Part shown: positions 9,492 through 20,146 of the stretch, one piece after another | Layout: each line of letters begins with the position of its first letter | Numbering within the stretch: the first letter of the stretch is position 1 | Assembly: GCA_963665665.1 (NCBI GenBank) | Contig: OY762428.1 | Coordinates: forward strand, 1,632,001-1,696,000 | Source of the DNA: Candidatus Kapaibacterium sp. | GTDB lineage: Bacteria; Bacteroidota; Ignavibacteria; Kapaibacteriales; UBA2268 | DNA length: 64,000 nucleotides | Reading direction: 5' to 3' | Program-made: the position numbers and the translations under genes | Notes under the pieces: generated by a model | Told to the model about the DNA's origin: nothing | The model's database searches: none | What the model saw: the letters and a program-made list of their open reading frames with translations, nothing else

Positions 9492-10140
9492 AATAAAAGT
9501 AATTCTGGTTGATGATCATAACCTGGTAAGAGATGGTATCAAATCATTGATAACAGGTGAAGAAGATATTGAAATAATCGGAGAGGCTGGTTCCTTCGAT
9601 GAATTAGAGCTGATTATGAAAAGAGGCCTTCCGGATATACTGATACTGGATATCGCCCTGGGCGATACATCGGGCATCGAAATAGCTGAAATGTATAAGG
9701 ATAAATATCCCGGAATTAGTATTATGATGCTTTCGATGTATATGTCCGATGATTTTATTTTCAATTCCCTGCGGGCCGGGGCAAAAGGCTATCTTCCGAA
9801 AAATACTTCAAAAAAGGAATTGCTGGCAGCCATCAGGACAATTTTCAGTGGCAGTGTGTTTTTCAGCAATGAAGTTTCTGATATTATCCTTAAAAGTTAT
9901 GTAAACAACGCTAACCCCGACAGCCCCCGGGAAGGCAGCGAGGAAATGCTTACAAAAAGAGAAAAAGAAGTGCTGACTTTCTTTGCAGAAGGAAAAACCA
10001 ACCAGGAAATCGCCGACCAGTTGTATATCAGTATAAGAACAGTTGAGTCGCATAAGAATCATATAATGCAAAAGCTAAATCTGCGCACTCCCGTGGATTT
10101 GGTAAAATTTGCAATAAAGAATAAATTTATAGAGTTGTAA
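9484..10140 (+). CDS. NarL/LuxR-family response regulator
   Basis: LVDDH, LDI and GYLPK receiver motifs; LTKREKEVL...NQEIADQLYISIRTVESH LuxR HTH. Confidence 0.93.
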   Translation: MDKIKVILVDDHNLVRDGIKSLITGEEDIEIIGEAGSFDELELIMKRGLPDILILDIALGDTSGIEIAEMYKDKYPGISIMMLSMYMSDDFIFNSLRAGAKGYLPKNTSKKELLAAIRTIFSGSVFFSNEVSDIILKSYVNNANPDSPREGSEEMLTKREKEVLTFFAEGKTNQEIADQLYISIRTVESHKNHIMQKLNLRTPVDLVKFAIKNKFIEL

Positions 10141-10379
10141 TATTAGAAATGTTAGCAATACCGGGATTAAGCCGGATATAATTGTAAAAAGATCCCGATG
10201 ATAAATACCGTCAGGCTTTTCCCCGGACAGTCAGAAAAATCAACTGCATTGAATATTATTTTTAAAATTGTAGTATCTGCAATTGTTTCAACGAAATTTT
10301 TTTTGATAAAAACCGTTATTTATTTATATTAACGAAGGTATCTTCCGGGTCTCTTTTGTAATTTAATTTTGGGTTTGAC

Positions 10380-11000
10380 ATGAAGTATAATATCAGCAAA
10401 TTGACACAACTATTAACTTTTCTTTTCATTTCCATATTGATATTTCCATTTTTTTCCTGCACAAAAAAACAGGATACAATAAGTGATATCGTATGGATAA
10501 GATATAAGAAAAACGAACCAAAACATCTTGTTGCTTTTACTAAAGACGGTAAATTTCTTGACTATAGTGAATTGGAACGTAACTCCACTTACGAATACAG
10601 GCAAAACAGAATAACGATAAATTACGATTACGGTCAAAAAGAAGTTTTTTATATTGATAAATTGAATGATAATGAATTACTTCTTTCCGAAGTCATGGAG
10701 GTGGGAGAAGGTAAAACTTTAGACCTGAAAAGACCCGAAACTCATGAATATTTCCTTGGTAAATGGATAACACCCGAAGACAGCAAAGAATATCTTGAAC
10801 TTGAATTTGATCCTGATATGGGCGGTAAGGAAGAAGTCCTTGTTGACGGCTACAAAGCAAAAAGAGATTTCAACTACCAGGTTGATGATAAAAACCTTAC
10901 TATTGATGATGTTAAATGGGAATATAAATTTGACGGGCCGTATTTGAATCTTGATATAAAATCTAAAGACGGAAAAAAATACCATTTAATCAGAAAATAA
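10380..11000 (+). CDS. Hypothetical lipoprotein
   Basis: Lipobox FFSC; two similar small beta-rich domains. Confidence 0.65.
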   Translation: MKYNISKLTQLLTFLFISILIFPFFSCTKKQDTISDIVWIRYKKNEPKHLVAFTKDGKFLDYSELERNSTYEYRQNRITINYDYGQKEVFYIDKLNDNELLLSEVMEVGEGKTLDLKRPETHEYFLGKWITPEDSKEYLELEFDPDMGGKEEVLVDGYKAKRDFNYQVDDKNLTIDDVKWEYKFDGPYLNLDIKSKDGKKYHLIRK

Positions 11001-11023
11001 ACTGAGTTAAAATATTTCGTTTT

Positions 11024-11053
11024 GAAATCCCGGAGCACTCCGGGATTTTCTTT
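11024..11053 (+). terminator. Intrinsic terminator
   Basis: AAATCCCGGAG-ca-CTCCGGGATTT followed by T-rich tail. Confidence 0.65.
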
Positions 11054-11236
11054 ATATATGATTGCCATATATGTAATTTGTTTGATATTAATTATTTAAG
11101 TTTTATGCATATTTGTTCCCGAAACAATATTTTCTTATATTATATTACTACACAGGCATTTGGCTTAATATACCTTGTAAATTCCATGAATTTTCTATAA
11201 ATTGTTCTGTAATTTTGATAACAATATTTTGGCAGA

Positions 11237-11620
11237 ATGAAATTTCTTGTTGTAGATGATTCACCCATGCAGAGGTCCGTTACAAAGGCTATCCTGAGAG
11301 AAATTGGTATCAATGATGTTACCCTTGCACGGGACGGCCTGGAAGCGTTGAAACTACTTAATGACAATAGCTATGACATGGTTATCACAGACTGGGTAAT
11401 GCCAAAGATGGATGGCCTTAACCTGGTGGAGAAAATAAGAAAAGACAACAAATTTTCTGATATGCCGATATTGATTGTTACAGTTAAAGACAATAAAAAT
11501 GACGTTTTAGAGGCATGGAAAGCCGGTGTGGACGGATATATTGCAAAACCTTTTTCCCCCGGAACATTGGCGGAAAAGGTTTTTGAGCTATTAAAAGCCA
11601 AGGTAATAAACAACCTATAA
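11237..11620 (+). CDS. CheY-like single-domain response regulator
   Basis: LVVDDS, ITDWVMPKMDG and YIAKPF motifs; 127 aa. Confidence 0.88.
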   Translation: MKFLVVDDSPMQRSVTKAILREIGINDVTLARDGLEALKLLNDNSYDMVITDWVMPKMDGLNLVEKIRKDNKFSDMPILIVTVKDNKNDVLEAWKAGVDGYIAKPFSPGTLAEKVFELLKAKVINNL

Positions 11621-11741
11621 CTTCGGGAAATCAGGCATTAACACAATTTATAATTTATTATAACAGTTACTCATAATAACTGCTATAGATTATTTGGAAA
11701 TAGAAATATTTTATCCTATTTATATTCCGGAGATTTATTCT

Positions 11742-12767
11742 ATGAATTTCAAACAACTGCCTTCCGTCTCAGGAAGTAAATCCCGAAAGAGGTTTACAAG
11801 TTTCTTCTTCTTATTTTTAATTCCACTTTTTGTGATGTCCTGCTCAAGTTCCAAAGATATGATAAACTGGAACGTGGAATTGGAAGAATCGAAACTGCCT
11901 ATCACAAACAGATGTGATCCCGATGAAAAACTAACTTCGGTGAAATCGCCCGAGAAACCTATCCTGATTCCCGAAACCGAGGACAGGGTTGCAAGGGTAA
12001 AAGTACTCAGCCTGCCATGCTCCGAAGGTGAAGATGCCGAGTATTATGAAATTCCCGTATCCAGGGTTAAAAGAATTACTTATGTGAGCGATCCCCTTCA
12101 GCCGCCGGTTGAAGTAGCTGTTAACGATCTTGAAATCGTAGAGGGATGCTGCCGAATGAGAACAGGACTCTGGTTCTTTGATAAATTCGAGATTCGTGGA
12201 ATGCTCGGTTATCGCGGGAGTGATGATGAAGTAGTCTATCCCGGACAGCCCGAACCTACCGTGTATGAGTCATCATTCTTCGGTTTCGACCGTGGCGGTT
12301 CCACAATGTTCACCGGATTTGAAGCAGCCGGATTGTGGAATGTAAAATTCTTAGATAAAAGCGGAAAGCTTCAGGCCGGGGTGCTAACCGGAATATGGCC
12401 CGTGGACGGATCAGCTTTCGTTCCGCTCGGCTTATACACAAGATATACATTCAACCAGATGCCCGGGCGATTCTCGGACAACTGCAACAGTTGGTACTTT
12501 TACGGAACATTGGGGCTTCCTTTCGATTTCAATACCGAAGCGCCAATATTCGGCGACAACATGGATTACCAAAGATATTTCTACGGTATCGGTATAGGGC
12601 ATGACTGGGCTATTACCTGCGGACTTGATTTTTCAGTCGATCTTGGCCTGAGAGGTATGAACCTTCCGCTGCCGCCATTTGAATGCTGCCCGAATACTCC
12701 CGACGAAAAGAAAAATCCCTTCAGGGATTCGCAGGCATTGCTTCTTCGCTTCGGATTAACCTGGTAA
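11742..12767 (+). CDS. Cys-rich hypothetical lipoprotein with probable C-terminal beta-barrel
   Basis: ATG 11742 after GGAG; lipobox VMSC; aromatic beta-strand pattern; ends LLLRFGLTW. Confidence 0.6.
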   Translation: MNFKQLPSVSGSKSRKRFTSFFFLFLIPLFVMSCSSSKDMINWNVELEESKLPITNRCDPDEKLTSVKSPEKPILIPETEDRVARVKVLSLPCSEGEDAEYYEIPVSRVKRITYVSDPLQPPVEVAVNDLEIVEGCCRMRTGLWFFDKFEIRGMLGYRGSDDEVVYPGQPEPTVYESSFFGFDRGGSTMFTGFEAAGLWNVKFLDKSGKLQAGVLTGIWPVDGSAFVPLGLYTRYTFNQMPGRFSDNCNSWYFYGTLGLPFDFNTEAPIFGDNMDYQRYFYGIGIGHDWAITCGLDFSVDLGLRGMNLPLPPFECCPNTPDEKKNPFRDSQALLLRFGLTW

Positions 12768-12795
12768 TAATGTAAAACAAAACAAGCAGATAAAA

Positions 12796-14901
12796 ATGAA
12801 AAATATAAATACAAACAAGAGATTGATAAATAAACCCTTAAGCGGCTTATTCATCTTCCTTGCAGCCGTTTTGTTAATTATATCAGGCTGTATGGAAACA
12901 TCAACTCCCGAGAACAGGGAAACACATGAGATTACTGTAAGAACATTTCTCCGGACTGACAACAACCCCGAACTTACGCCGATTGAAGGTGTTTTAGTAG
13001 ATGTTGAAGGTGCTGATGAAAATGCAATCGGATCAGGACAGGGAACAACAAACAACCTTGGATTGGCAAATTTTGACATTACTTCACCTCTTATCGGGGC
13101 AAATTATAATATCACAGCTAATTACAACGGGGAGACTCAGTATAAATCAAACCTGCTGATCTGCCGTGATACGCTCCTGGTTTTCGTTTTTGATAATTCT
13201 ACAGTAAATAATATCGACTGCTCGATGATAAACGGCAGTGACTCCCTGATATTCTATGACGATCTTGGTTCCAGGCTGATAAGCCAGAACTCACCTCCGG
13301 GCGTTAATCGATACGAAAGATGCCGTACTATCAGCAATTCGCTATCCAACCCGGAAACAATTACGGCACAAATACCTGCTGCTACATCTCCATTTGAACT
13401 TGTATCGGTTATTCTGGATGGTACAAATGTTCCGTTGAATACAAACGATATACAGATAGAACCCGGTTCCAGCATAACATTCTGTTTCTCAGTTTCAACC
13501 GAGGAAGCAGGACGTTTCAACGAAACTGTACAAATTCCGTTAACATGCGGTGGCAGCCAGGGCAATTTCTCATTATACCTTGACGCTGAAATCGTGGCTC
13601 CGCAATGCGATTGTGAAGAATTACCCGATTCCTATACTTTTGTAATGCCCGAAAGTGTGGAAGTAGGCGAATCAGCTGAACACATTGAAACGGTACTTAC
13701 AAACACTTTGCCATGTGCTGTAACGATTGGGTTCTCTAATATCGACAATGGCGATGAATGGGAAATTCTTTCACCCGATTTCCCGCTGAGGCTTGAAGAA
13801 GGTGAAAGTATCGAACTATCAGTCAGATTCACACCGACAACAGCCGAACAATCAACTGCCGTGGTTACTTACCTGATACAGCCTGAAGGCTCTAATCAGA
13901 GCTGTGAATTCGAAGTTTATCTTGAAGGCCAGGGTTGTTCGAATGCCTGTCCGCTATTCAGTACCAACGATTTATTCTATGAAACATTCGGTTCCGAGCG
14001 TACCGTTGATACTCTTTCAAACAGGAACGACAATCGTGTATTTGCCTCGGTCAGCGATTGGAACGAATCAGTCGCCACAAGAAACTACTACGTAATGAAT
14101 CCCGATACCGCATGCGGCGATGTGGTTATTAATATCATTGCCAGCGGTGCGGACAGCTATGCAGATGAGTATTATGAAGTATCTCCGAGAAGCCTGACGC
14201 TTGCTCCGGGACAAAAGGGAACATTTACAGTAGTGTTTACTGCTCCCGAAGTAGCTGAATTCAGAGATATCATCGCAGAAAGAGGCGCAACGGGTTCAAT
14301 TATGGACAGCCTTTTCAAAGTTAATATCAGGCTGACTACCAGGGGTTGCAGCCAGAGCCTTGAAGCAAATGCCGTTGTGACATCATTCCCGGATATCAGC
14401 CCCATTATAAACCTGAGGGCATATAACCAGAGCACACCCCAGAAACCTGACCCGGAAAATGAAGTTTATACATTCGGCGATGATGCCAGGACTATTAATA
14501 AGGGCACTGACGGTTCTCCGGGAGAATATCCACCCCTTAACGGCCAGATTTACATTGATGTTGACGATAATACAGCAACAGCAAATCCACCTCAGGAACC
14601 GATCCTTACATCAGTTAATAACAATGTGGAAATGAAATTATGGCGTCGGGCTTACGCGGAATCAGACTTTACTAACGTGCCGCAGCTCGTTACTCAATTC
14701 CTTACCGATCCAAATTATGAAACCGGTTATTCAACCAATCCGATAAGGAATATCCAGATAGGCGACGTTTATGCTATCAGGTCAGGCGGCTTCATATATG
14801 CATTGCTCTACATCCGCAGGGTTGACAACGGTACGGAAAATACCTCAAGCAAGCAGAGCGGCATTGAATTCAGGGCAGTTTATCCGATTTACGCCTTTTA
14901 A
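12796..14901 (+). CDS. Lipoprotein with tandem Ig-like (ASH/choice-of-anchor-D-like) domains
   Basis: Lipobox ISGC; repeated (I/L)xPG..(I/F).(V/F).F.P motifs; Cys pairs between domains. Confidence 0.6.
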   Translation: MKNINTNKRLINKPLSGLFIFLAAVLLIISGCMETSTPENRETHEITVRTFLRTDNNPELTPIEGVLVDVEGADENAIGSGQGTTNNLGLANFDITSPLIGANYNITANYNGETQYKSNLLICRDTLLVFVFDNSTVNNIDCSMINGSDSLIFYDDLGSRLISQNSPPGVNRYERCRTISNSLSNPETITAQIPAATSPFELVSVILDGTNVPLNTNDIQIEPGSSITFCFSVSTEEAGRFNETVQIPLTCGGSQGNFSLYLDAEIVAPQCDCEELPDSYTFVMPESVEVGESAEHIETVLTNTLPCAVTIGFSNIDNGDEWEILSPDFPLRLEEGESIELSVRFTPTTAEQSTAVVTYLIQPEGSNQSCEFEVYLEGQGCSNACPLFSTNDLFYETFGSERTVDTLSNRNDNRVFASVSDWNESVATRNYYVMNPDTACGDVVINIIASGADSYADEYYEVSPRSLTLAPGQKGTFTVVFTAPEVAEFRDIIAERGATGSIMDSLFKVNIRLTTRGCSQSLEANAVVTSFPDISPIINLRAYNQSTPQKPDPENEVYTFGDDARTINKGTDGSPGEYPPLNGQIYIDVDDNTATANPPQEPILTSVNNNVEMKLWRRAYAESDFTNVPQLVTQFLTDPNYETGYSTNPIRNIQIGDVYAIRSGGFIYALLYIRRVDNGTENTSSKQSGIEFRAVYPIYAF

Positions 14902-14934
14902 ACAATAATAATTTTTCCCATTGGGAGATATAAA

Positions 14935-17580
14935 ATGAAAAAAATAATATCAATATTAATATTTATACCTCTTCTGTGCACATATCTTTTCGCATCGGAA
15001 GAGCTTACGGGCGGTATTCTCGACGACAAGGTTAATTCCGACCACGAGGATTACGGCGCCTACCTGATTTTTGGCGAAGTTAACGATACTTTGTTCTTTA
15101 CCAGTTCCAGGCCTGTAAAAAACCGCAGACCTATTGCCATGGCCGCCGAGATTTTCTTCTCGGTTAGGCCGGCGGCAGACAGGATGACAAAACCGATAAA
15201 CAAGGGCTGGGGCAAGGCCCAAAGGATAGTCACTGAAGCTTCCCGTATAGCACAGTTTACCAGGGGATCGCAGGCACTGAGCAGCGACAGAATAATATTT
15301 GCCGCTGAGCGCGATATGTCAACAGAAAATGCTTCGGGAACAAGTTATCTGTTCGACTTGTGGCAAATGACCAAGCGGCAAGACGGATTTTCCCTTCCTG
15401 AACCAATCGATGAAGTTAATGATGTTGACGCATGGGATTCGCAGCCTGCGCTTTCCACCGACGGCAAAACGCTGTTTTTTATATCAAACAGGGAAGGCGG
15501 TTCCGGCGGGCTGGATATATGGTATTCAGTAAGGGATGCCTCAGGCAAATGGACGGCTCCGCTTCCCGTACCCAATATCAACACTCCCGGCGACGAATTT
15601 TCACCCCATTGCGGAACCGACGGAAGATTCTATTTCTCGACAAACTGGGATTATGAACAAAACGAGAAAGGCGACAGGGGAAAGGATATTTACCGCGCCG
15701 ATTATAATACTATAAACGGAGTACAGCTGCCGGTTAATCCAATCAATCTTGATGACGCTATCAGGAAAGATGCCGAAACATACGGATTGGCAATTCCCGG
15801 AGATATTTATTACAACTCGGAAGCTGATGACGAATTTCCATTTATAACACCTGACCGCACGGGTATTTTTATTACATCGAATCGCGAAAGCAGCTACGAC
15901 AAACGTGACATTTATGCTTTTAAATTGCCGAAATCAAGGATTATGCTGCGCGTGCTCGTCAGGGAAAAAATACTTGACGCTAACGGTAATGTGCTTGTTC
16001 CGGCAACGCTGAAATCCGGCCTGCCCCTGAATATTGTTGATGAGGCTTCAGGAGTATCCAAGGATATTCTTTCAGGCGAAAACTATGATGTTGATGCAGA
16101 CAGAACATACAGGATTGAGTTTACAAAATTTGTTGAGGAAGAATGCTATCAGAATAAAATCGAAGGGCCGCACGAAATGAAAGTGCTCGCTGCCCGCCCA
16201 TGGGGGCCTGATACACTTTATACAGTTGAAGCTCTTATCACCAGGCAGAAAATTGAGATTCCGCCAATTGTATTCCATTCAACGGACACTCTCCCATACT
16301 TTATAACAGGCTACTGGTATCCAAATACAAGCAAAAATATTGGTATTTACCGCCAGAGGGAAGCTTCAGGATTTTTTGATGAAACAGGTTTCGTGGATTC
16401 CACAGGGCATGACTATGATTTCATCTCCGGTAGAATAGATGATGTTTTTGCAGAAAGAATCTATAAACCGTTGGAAGAACTTCTCCCGGCATTCCAGGAT
16501 TTCTGCCAGGATACATTGTTCCTGAAAGTAACCATACACGGATATACCGATCCGAGGGGGCTTTCCGCCGGGAACGAACACCCGTACAGGCCGCAATCCA
16601 GGTATAAAAGGGTTTATGGTGATGAGACAGTTGAAGTTGGCGTTGATGCCAAAGGGTCTGATCTTGTTATACCCAATGGTATAGATATGTTCAAGCGTAA
16701 ATGGCCTGTCGATCCGAATGATAAAAACGGCAAATGGGTATCGCTTCCCGACGAAGGTGAAGAGGGCAACGTGCTGCTTTCAAAACTCAGGGCTTATTAT
16801 ACTTTCGTAACATTCGACAGGGACATGAGGGAACGCTCGCCGATATATTCGCAGCTTCGCGATAACGGCAGGGTGATTCTTGATGCCGAGGGATTCGGTA
16901 TTGACAAGGATGGATATAAAGAAAGAAATCTGCGGGACGATCCCCAGAGCAGGCGCATCGAGATATATGTTGACATTCTTCGTCCGGAAGAAATTTCAAC
17001 ACATAAGAGAATTAAGGGCGGAACTGAACTGGTAATGAAGTCGCAGCTTATCCAGAATGAAGATACACCTGTTGCTCCGGACAAAAAAGTTGAGGCTCCC
17101 GAAAAGAAAAAAGTGACGGAATTCAATAAGCCAAAGAAAGAAGAACCCAAAGCAACAATAAAGATTAAAGAACCGAAAAAACCGGAAGACGAACCGAAAA
17201 TGTTGACAAATCAGAAACCCGTGAAGCTTGAAGAAATAAAACCCGCGAAGGAAATTAAAGAAAATATCAGCAAGCCGCCGCGTCCGCTTGACCCGCCGGT
17301 TGATATACCTGAAAAGCCAAAGAAGATTGATCTTTGCTGGTCTCTTCACTATAATAATTATGAAGAGAAAAAAGGCGCTGACGATGCAGCCGATATTCTT
17401 CGCACGCACGGCGTTAAGGACGTGAGAGTTGAAGAATACTTTGATAATTTTGGTACTCGCAGCTACAGGCTGCGTTCGGGATGCTATAAAACAGCCAACG
17501 ATGCCGCCGCAGAGATTAAGAACCTGAGGGAAGCAGTAAATGCAATCGGGCTGAACAGTAAGCCTTCGATTGTCAGATAG
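14935..17580 (+). CDS. PD40/TolB-like propeller + OmpA-like + SPOR domain protein (PorE-like)
   Basis: DSQPALSTDGKTLFFISNREGGSGGLDIW PD40 repeats; HGYTDPRG...NVLLSKLRA...RRIEIYV OmpA-C motifs; Lys/Pro/Glu linker; YRLRSGCY SPOR-like end. Confidence 0.75.
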   Translation: MKKIISILIFIPLLCTYLFASEELTGGILDDKVNSDHEDYGAYLIFGEVNDTLFFTSSRPVKNRRPIAMAAEIFFSVRPAADRMTKPINKGWGKAQRIVTEASRIAQFTRGSQALSSDRIIFAAERDMSTENASGTSYLFDLWQMTKRQDGFSLPEPIDEVNDVDAWDSQPALSTDGKTLFFISNREGGSGGLDIWYSVRDASGKWTAPLPVPNINTPGDEFSPHCGTDGRFYFSTNWDYEQNEKGDRGKDIYRADYNTINGVQLPVNPINLDDAIRKDAETYGLAIPGDIYYNSEADDEFPFITPDRTGIFITSNRESSYDKRDIYAFKLPKSRIMLRVLVREKILDANGNVLVPATLKSGLPLNIVDEASGVSKDILSGENYDVDADRTYRIEFTKFVEEECYQNKIEGPHEMKVLAARPWGPDTLYTVEALITRQKIEIPPIVFHSTDTLPYFITGYWYPNTSKNIGIYRQREASGFFDETGFVDSTGHDYDFISGRIDDVFAERIYKPLEELLPAFQDFCQDTLFLKVTIHGYTDPRGLSAGNEHPYRPQSRYKRVYGDETVEVGVDAKGSDLVIPNGIDMFKRKWPVDPNDKNGKWVSLPDEGEEGNVLLSKLRAYYTFVTFDRDMRERSPIYSQLRDNGRVILDAEGFGIDKDGYKERNLRDDPQSRRIEIYVDILRPEEISTHKRIKGGTELVMKSQLIQNEDTPVAPDKKVEAPEKKKVTEFNKPKKEEPKATIKIKEPKKPEDEPKMLTNQKPVKLEEIKPAKEIKENISKPPRPLDPPVDIPEKPKKIDLCWSLHYNNYEEKKGADDAADILRTHGVKDVRVEEYFDNFGTRSYRLRSGCYKTANDAAAEIKNLREAVNAIGLNSKPSIVR

Positions 17581-17623
17581 TTTTTTTATTGAGTGCAAGA
17601 GGCTGTCTCACAAGCTGACGATG

Positions 17624-17870
17624 TTGTCACTCTGAGCGCAGCGAAGAGTCCATAAGCTGCATGAATACTGGATTCTTCACTTCGTTCAGAATGACAAATC
17701 GCAAAATTTCAGAATATAGAAACATCAGCTAAAGAACATTGAAAATGAAAGGATTTTAGATTGTCATTCCCCGACACGTCGGGGCATGCTTTCGGAGCGA
17801 AGCAACTGAAGAATCCATTTCTTTCTGCCTTTTCCGGAAGAATAGACTCTTCACTTCGTTCAGAGTGACA
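17624..17870. repeat. Two inverted pairs of GTCA(C/T)TCTGA...GAAGA(A/G)TC REP/RPE-like elements
   Basis: 17624-17697 and 17761-17870; same family as 4677-4790. Confidence 0.8.
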
Positions 17871-18022
17871 TCTTTCAAACTTCCGAAGCTTTCTTGATAT
17901 TCTCTCTAATTCCATATACAAAAGAGAATGCTTTGAAAAATCATTGTTTAAAATTTTCGCCAGAATCAGGAAATCGTGAAAAGTATTATAAAGTAAAATA
18001 GAATTAACACAGGAGAAATTAT

Positions 18023-18598
18023 ATGAAGTATGTATTAATTTTGATAATCGCATTTGGCATGGTAGCCTGCCAGTTACCCCAGCAGAAACAGTTCAAAACT
18101 CCGCCGCAGGAAGTTGAACAGCAGGAAATGACAGTTTCGCAAAGCGTTTCGATACCCCAGGACGGAAGCGCGCCAATTGCAGGAATAAGCCAGGTGGACA
18201 ACCCGGATCAGACAGTTACTTTTACATCTGTCGGTGAGAAATTTGACGTGAAGAACGGCCAGGAAGTAAATATAATTTACGACGGGATTGACCCTGAAGA
18301 AACATATATAGTTTATGAATCAACTTTCGACGGCTATTCCCTGGAACTGGCATACAGAAGCGACCCCGTTTCGATTTTCTTCGAAAAGCTTTGCCAGATA
18401 AAGATTGTGGCTAATCCGGCCCTGACCCAGGTTGTAATACCAAAAGAGCTGCGCTACGAGCAGATTATCTGGACGCCCCGTGCCGACGGTACATGGGAAG
18501 TAAGAATCGGAACCACCCAGCGCGGATGCAAAAGCAGCGCTCTAAGGGAATTGCAAAAGCTCAGAGATAAAGGCTACGAGAAATCAGTCCCGAAATAA
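18023..18598 (+). CDS. Hypothetical lipoprotein
   Basis: AGGAG RBS; lipobox MVAC; terminator downstream. Confidence 0.7.
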   Translation: MKYVLILIIAFGMVACQLPQQKQFKTPPQEVEQQEMTVSQSVSIPQDGSAPIAGISQVDNPDQTVTFTSVGEKFDVKNGQEVNIIYDGIDPEETYIVYESTFDGYSLELAYRSDPVSIFFEKLCQIKIVANPALTQVVIPKELRYEQIIWTPRADGTWEVRIGTTQRGCKSSALRELQKLRDKGYEKSVPK

Positions 18599-18626
18599 GC
18601 AGTAGTTGCAATAATTCTTACAAAGT

Positions 18627-18658
18627 ATTCCCCTTCTTTTTCAGGAGGGGAATTTTTT
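18627..18658. terminator. Intrinsic terminator between convergent genes
   Basis: ATTCCCCTTCT-ttttc-AGGAGGGGAAT followed by a T-run. Confidence 0.7.
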
Positions 18659-18691
18659 ATTATATATCAATGAATTGAATTAAACACCACT

Positions 18692-20071
18692 CTACTTTGC
18701 CAATACCACCTTGCCGAACTTATAAAAACGTCCTACTGCAAGGCTGTAAAGGTATTCTCCCGATGGCAGGAACGACAGGTCTTCGTTAATAATATACGTG
18801 CCGGCATTTAGAATTCCGGAATCTATTTCTTTAATTATCCGCCCTTCTAAGTCGTACAGGCTTATTACAACCCGGTCGGCAGATTCTAATGTTACTTCAA
18901 AGTTTACATTTCCGTGGCTCGGGTTGGGAAAATTCTTAACGCTGAACGCCCTTCCTTCAAGCACGCTGCTTGGCTCGGATATATATTTATATATATTGCC
19001 GAATTCTCTCGATATTCCCAATACGCAATTTTGTGAATGCATTGCAAAATCTTCGAAATACCCCTGAACAAGACCGTTGACATAAGCTGAATCTCTTTTC
19101 CAACTTTGGCCTCCGTCGCTTGTACGGAACATGTAATACCAGTATCCAAGGGCTATTCCGTTATTAATATCCGTGAAATGTACGTCAATAAGTCCGTCCT
19201 GCTGCGGCGTAATCGTATCGAGTTGAACCTCCCAGTTATACCCTCCGTCAGTGGTATGCATTATCTTTACAACTTCCACATCGTTTGAAACGCTTGGCCG
19301 GCCAACCGCCCACCCGTTCAGGCTGTCAATAAAGCAGATTGTGCACATTCTTTCACTGAATGTATATCTTCTTTCCCAGTTTTTTCCCTGGTCTGTTGTT
19401 GTTAGAATATAGTTCTCAAGGCTATTTGTAAGACCAATTGTAAATATAGCGTTTTCATTTAGAATTTGCACATACTCATAAATTGCAAAATCTGAAGTGT
19501 CATTATTTATTAATTTTTGCCAGCTATCACAACCGTCTGTAGTTAAATATAAATCTCTCCAGGTTGATATTACGCCGGTTTTTTCATCAAAAAATTTAAC
19601 CTGCATTAATTTATCATTTATCCCGTTTAAATTTCGTCTTTCCCAATTCCGGCATTTGTCTTTTGATATCCAGTAGTAGCCTTCTTCACAAACCACAACA
19701 CAGAGCCCCGGGCCGGGGTATGAAATACCCTTTGCCTGCGTTGGCCTGTACAATATATTGACTCCGCCGCTGCCCCATTTCCAAACAAGAGAGTCATTCA
19801 GAGCAACTGACCATGTATTTCCGCCGTCGGTTGTTATCCTTACAAGGGGTTCCTTAATATTTACATTCATCAATGCCGCGTAATTCAGGCTGTCATAAGA
19901 ATCGATTTGCACATACCTTTTTGCAAAATTACCAATTTCATTTGTACCTAACCTGGTTTTTAATGCATCGTAATGATCAATTTTTTCCCAAGTTTGGGAA
20001 TAGGAAGAAACCTGAGTAATTATTAAAAATAAGATTGATTGTATAAAAAAATTATGTAGAAATTTTTTCAT
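18692..20071 (-). CDS. T9SS-sorted YCF48/BNR-repeat beta-propeller protein
   Basis: Signal peptide; multiple TTDGG..W Asp-box repeats; CTD NFPNP...YDLEGR...LPSGEYL...KVV. Confidence 0.85.
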   Translation of the reverse strand: MKKFLHNFFIQSILFLIITQVSSYSQTWEKIDHYDALKTRLGTNEIGNFAKRYVQIDSYDSLNYAALMNVNIKEPLVRITTDGGNTWSVALNDSLVWKWGSGGVNILYRPTQAKGISYPGPGLCVVVCEEGYYWISKDKCRNWERRNLNGINDKLMQVKFFDEKTGVISTWRDLYLTTDGCDSWQKLINNDTSDFAIYEYVQILNENAIFTIGLTNSLENYILTTTDQGKNWERRYTFSERMCTICFIDSLNGWAVGRPSVSNDVEVVKIMHTTDGGYNWEVQLDTITPQQDGLIDVHFTDINNGIALGYWYYMFRTSDGGQSWKRDSAYVNGLVQGYFEDFAMHSQNCVLGISREFGNIYKYISEPSSVLEGRAFSVKNFPNPSHGNVNFEVTLESADRVVISLYDLEGRIIKEIDSGILNAGTYIINEDLSFLPSGEYLYSLAVGRFYKFGKVVLAK

Positions 20072-20146
20072 TTTTTGATTTCCCGATTATATGTTAAAAA
20101 TCCATGCGCCAATTTGTTTACTGACGCATGGATAGATATTATTGAA

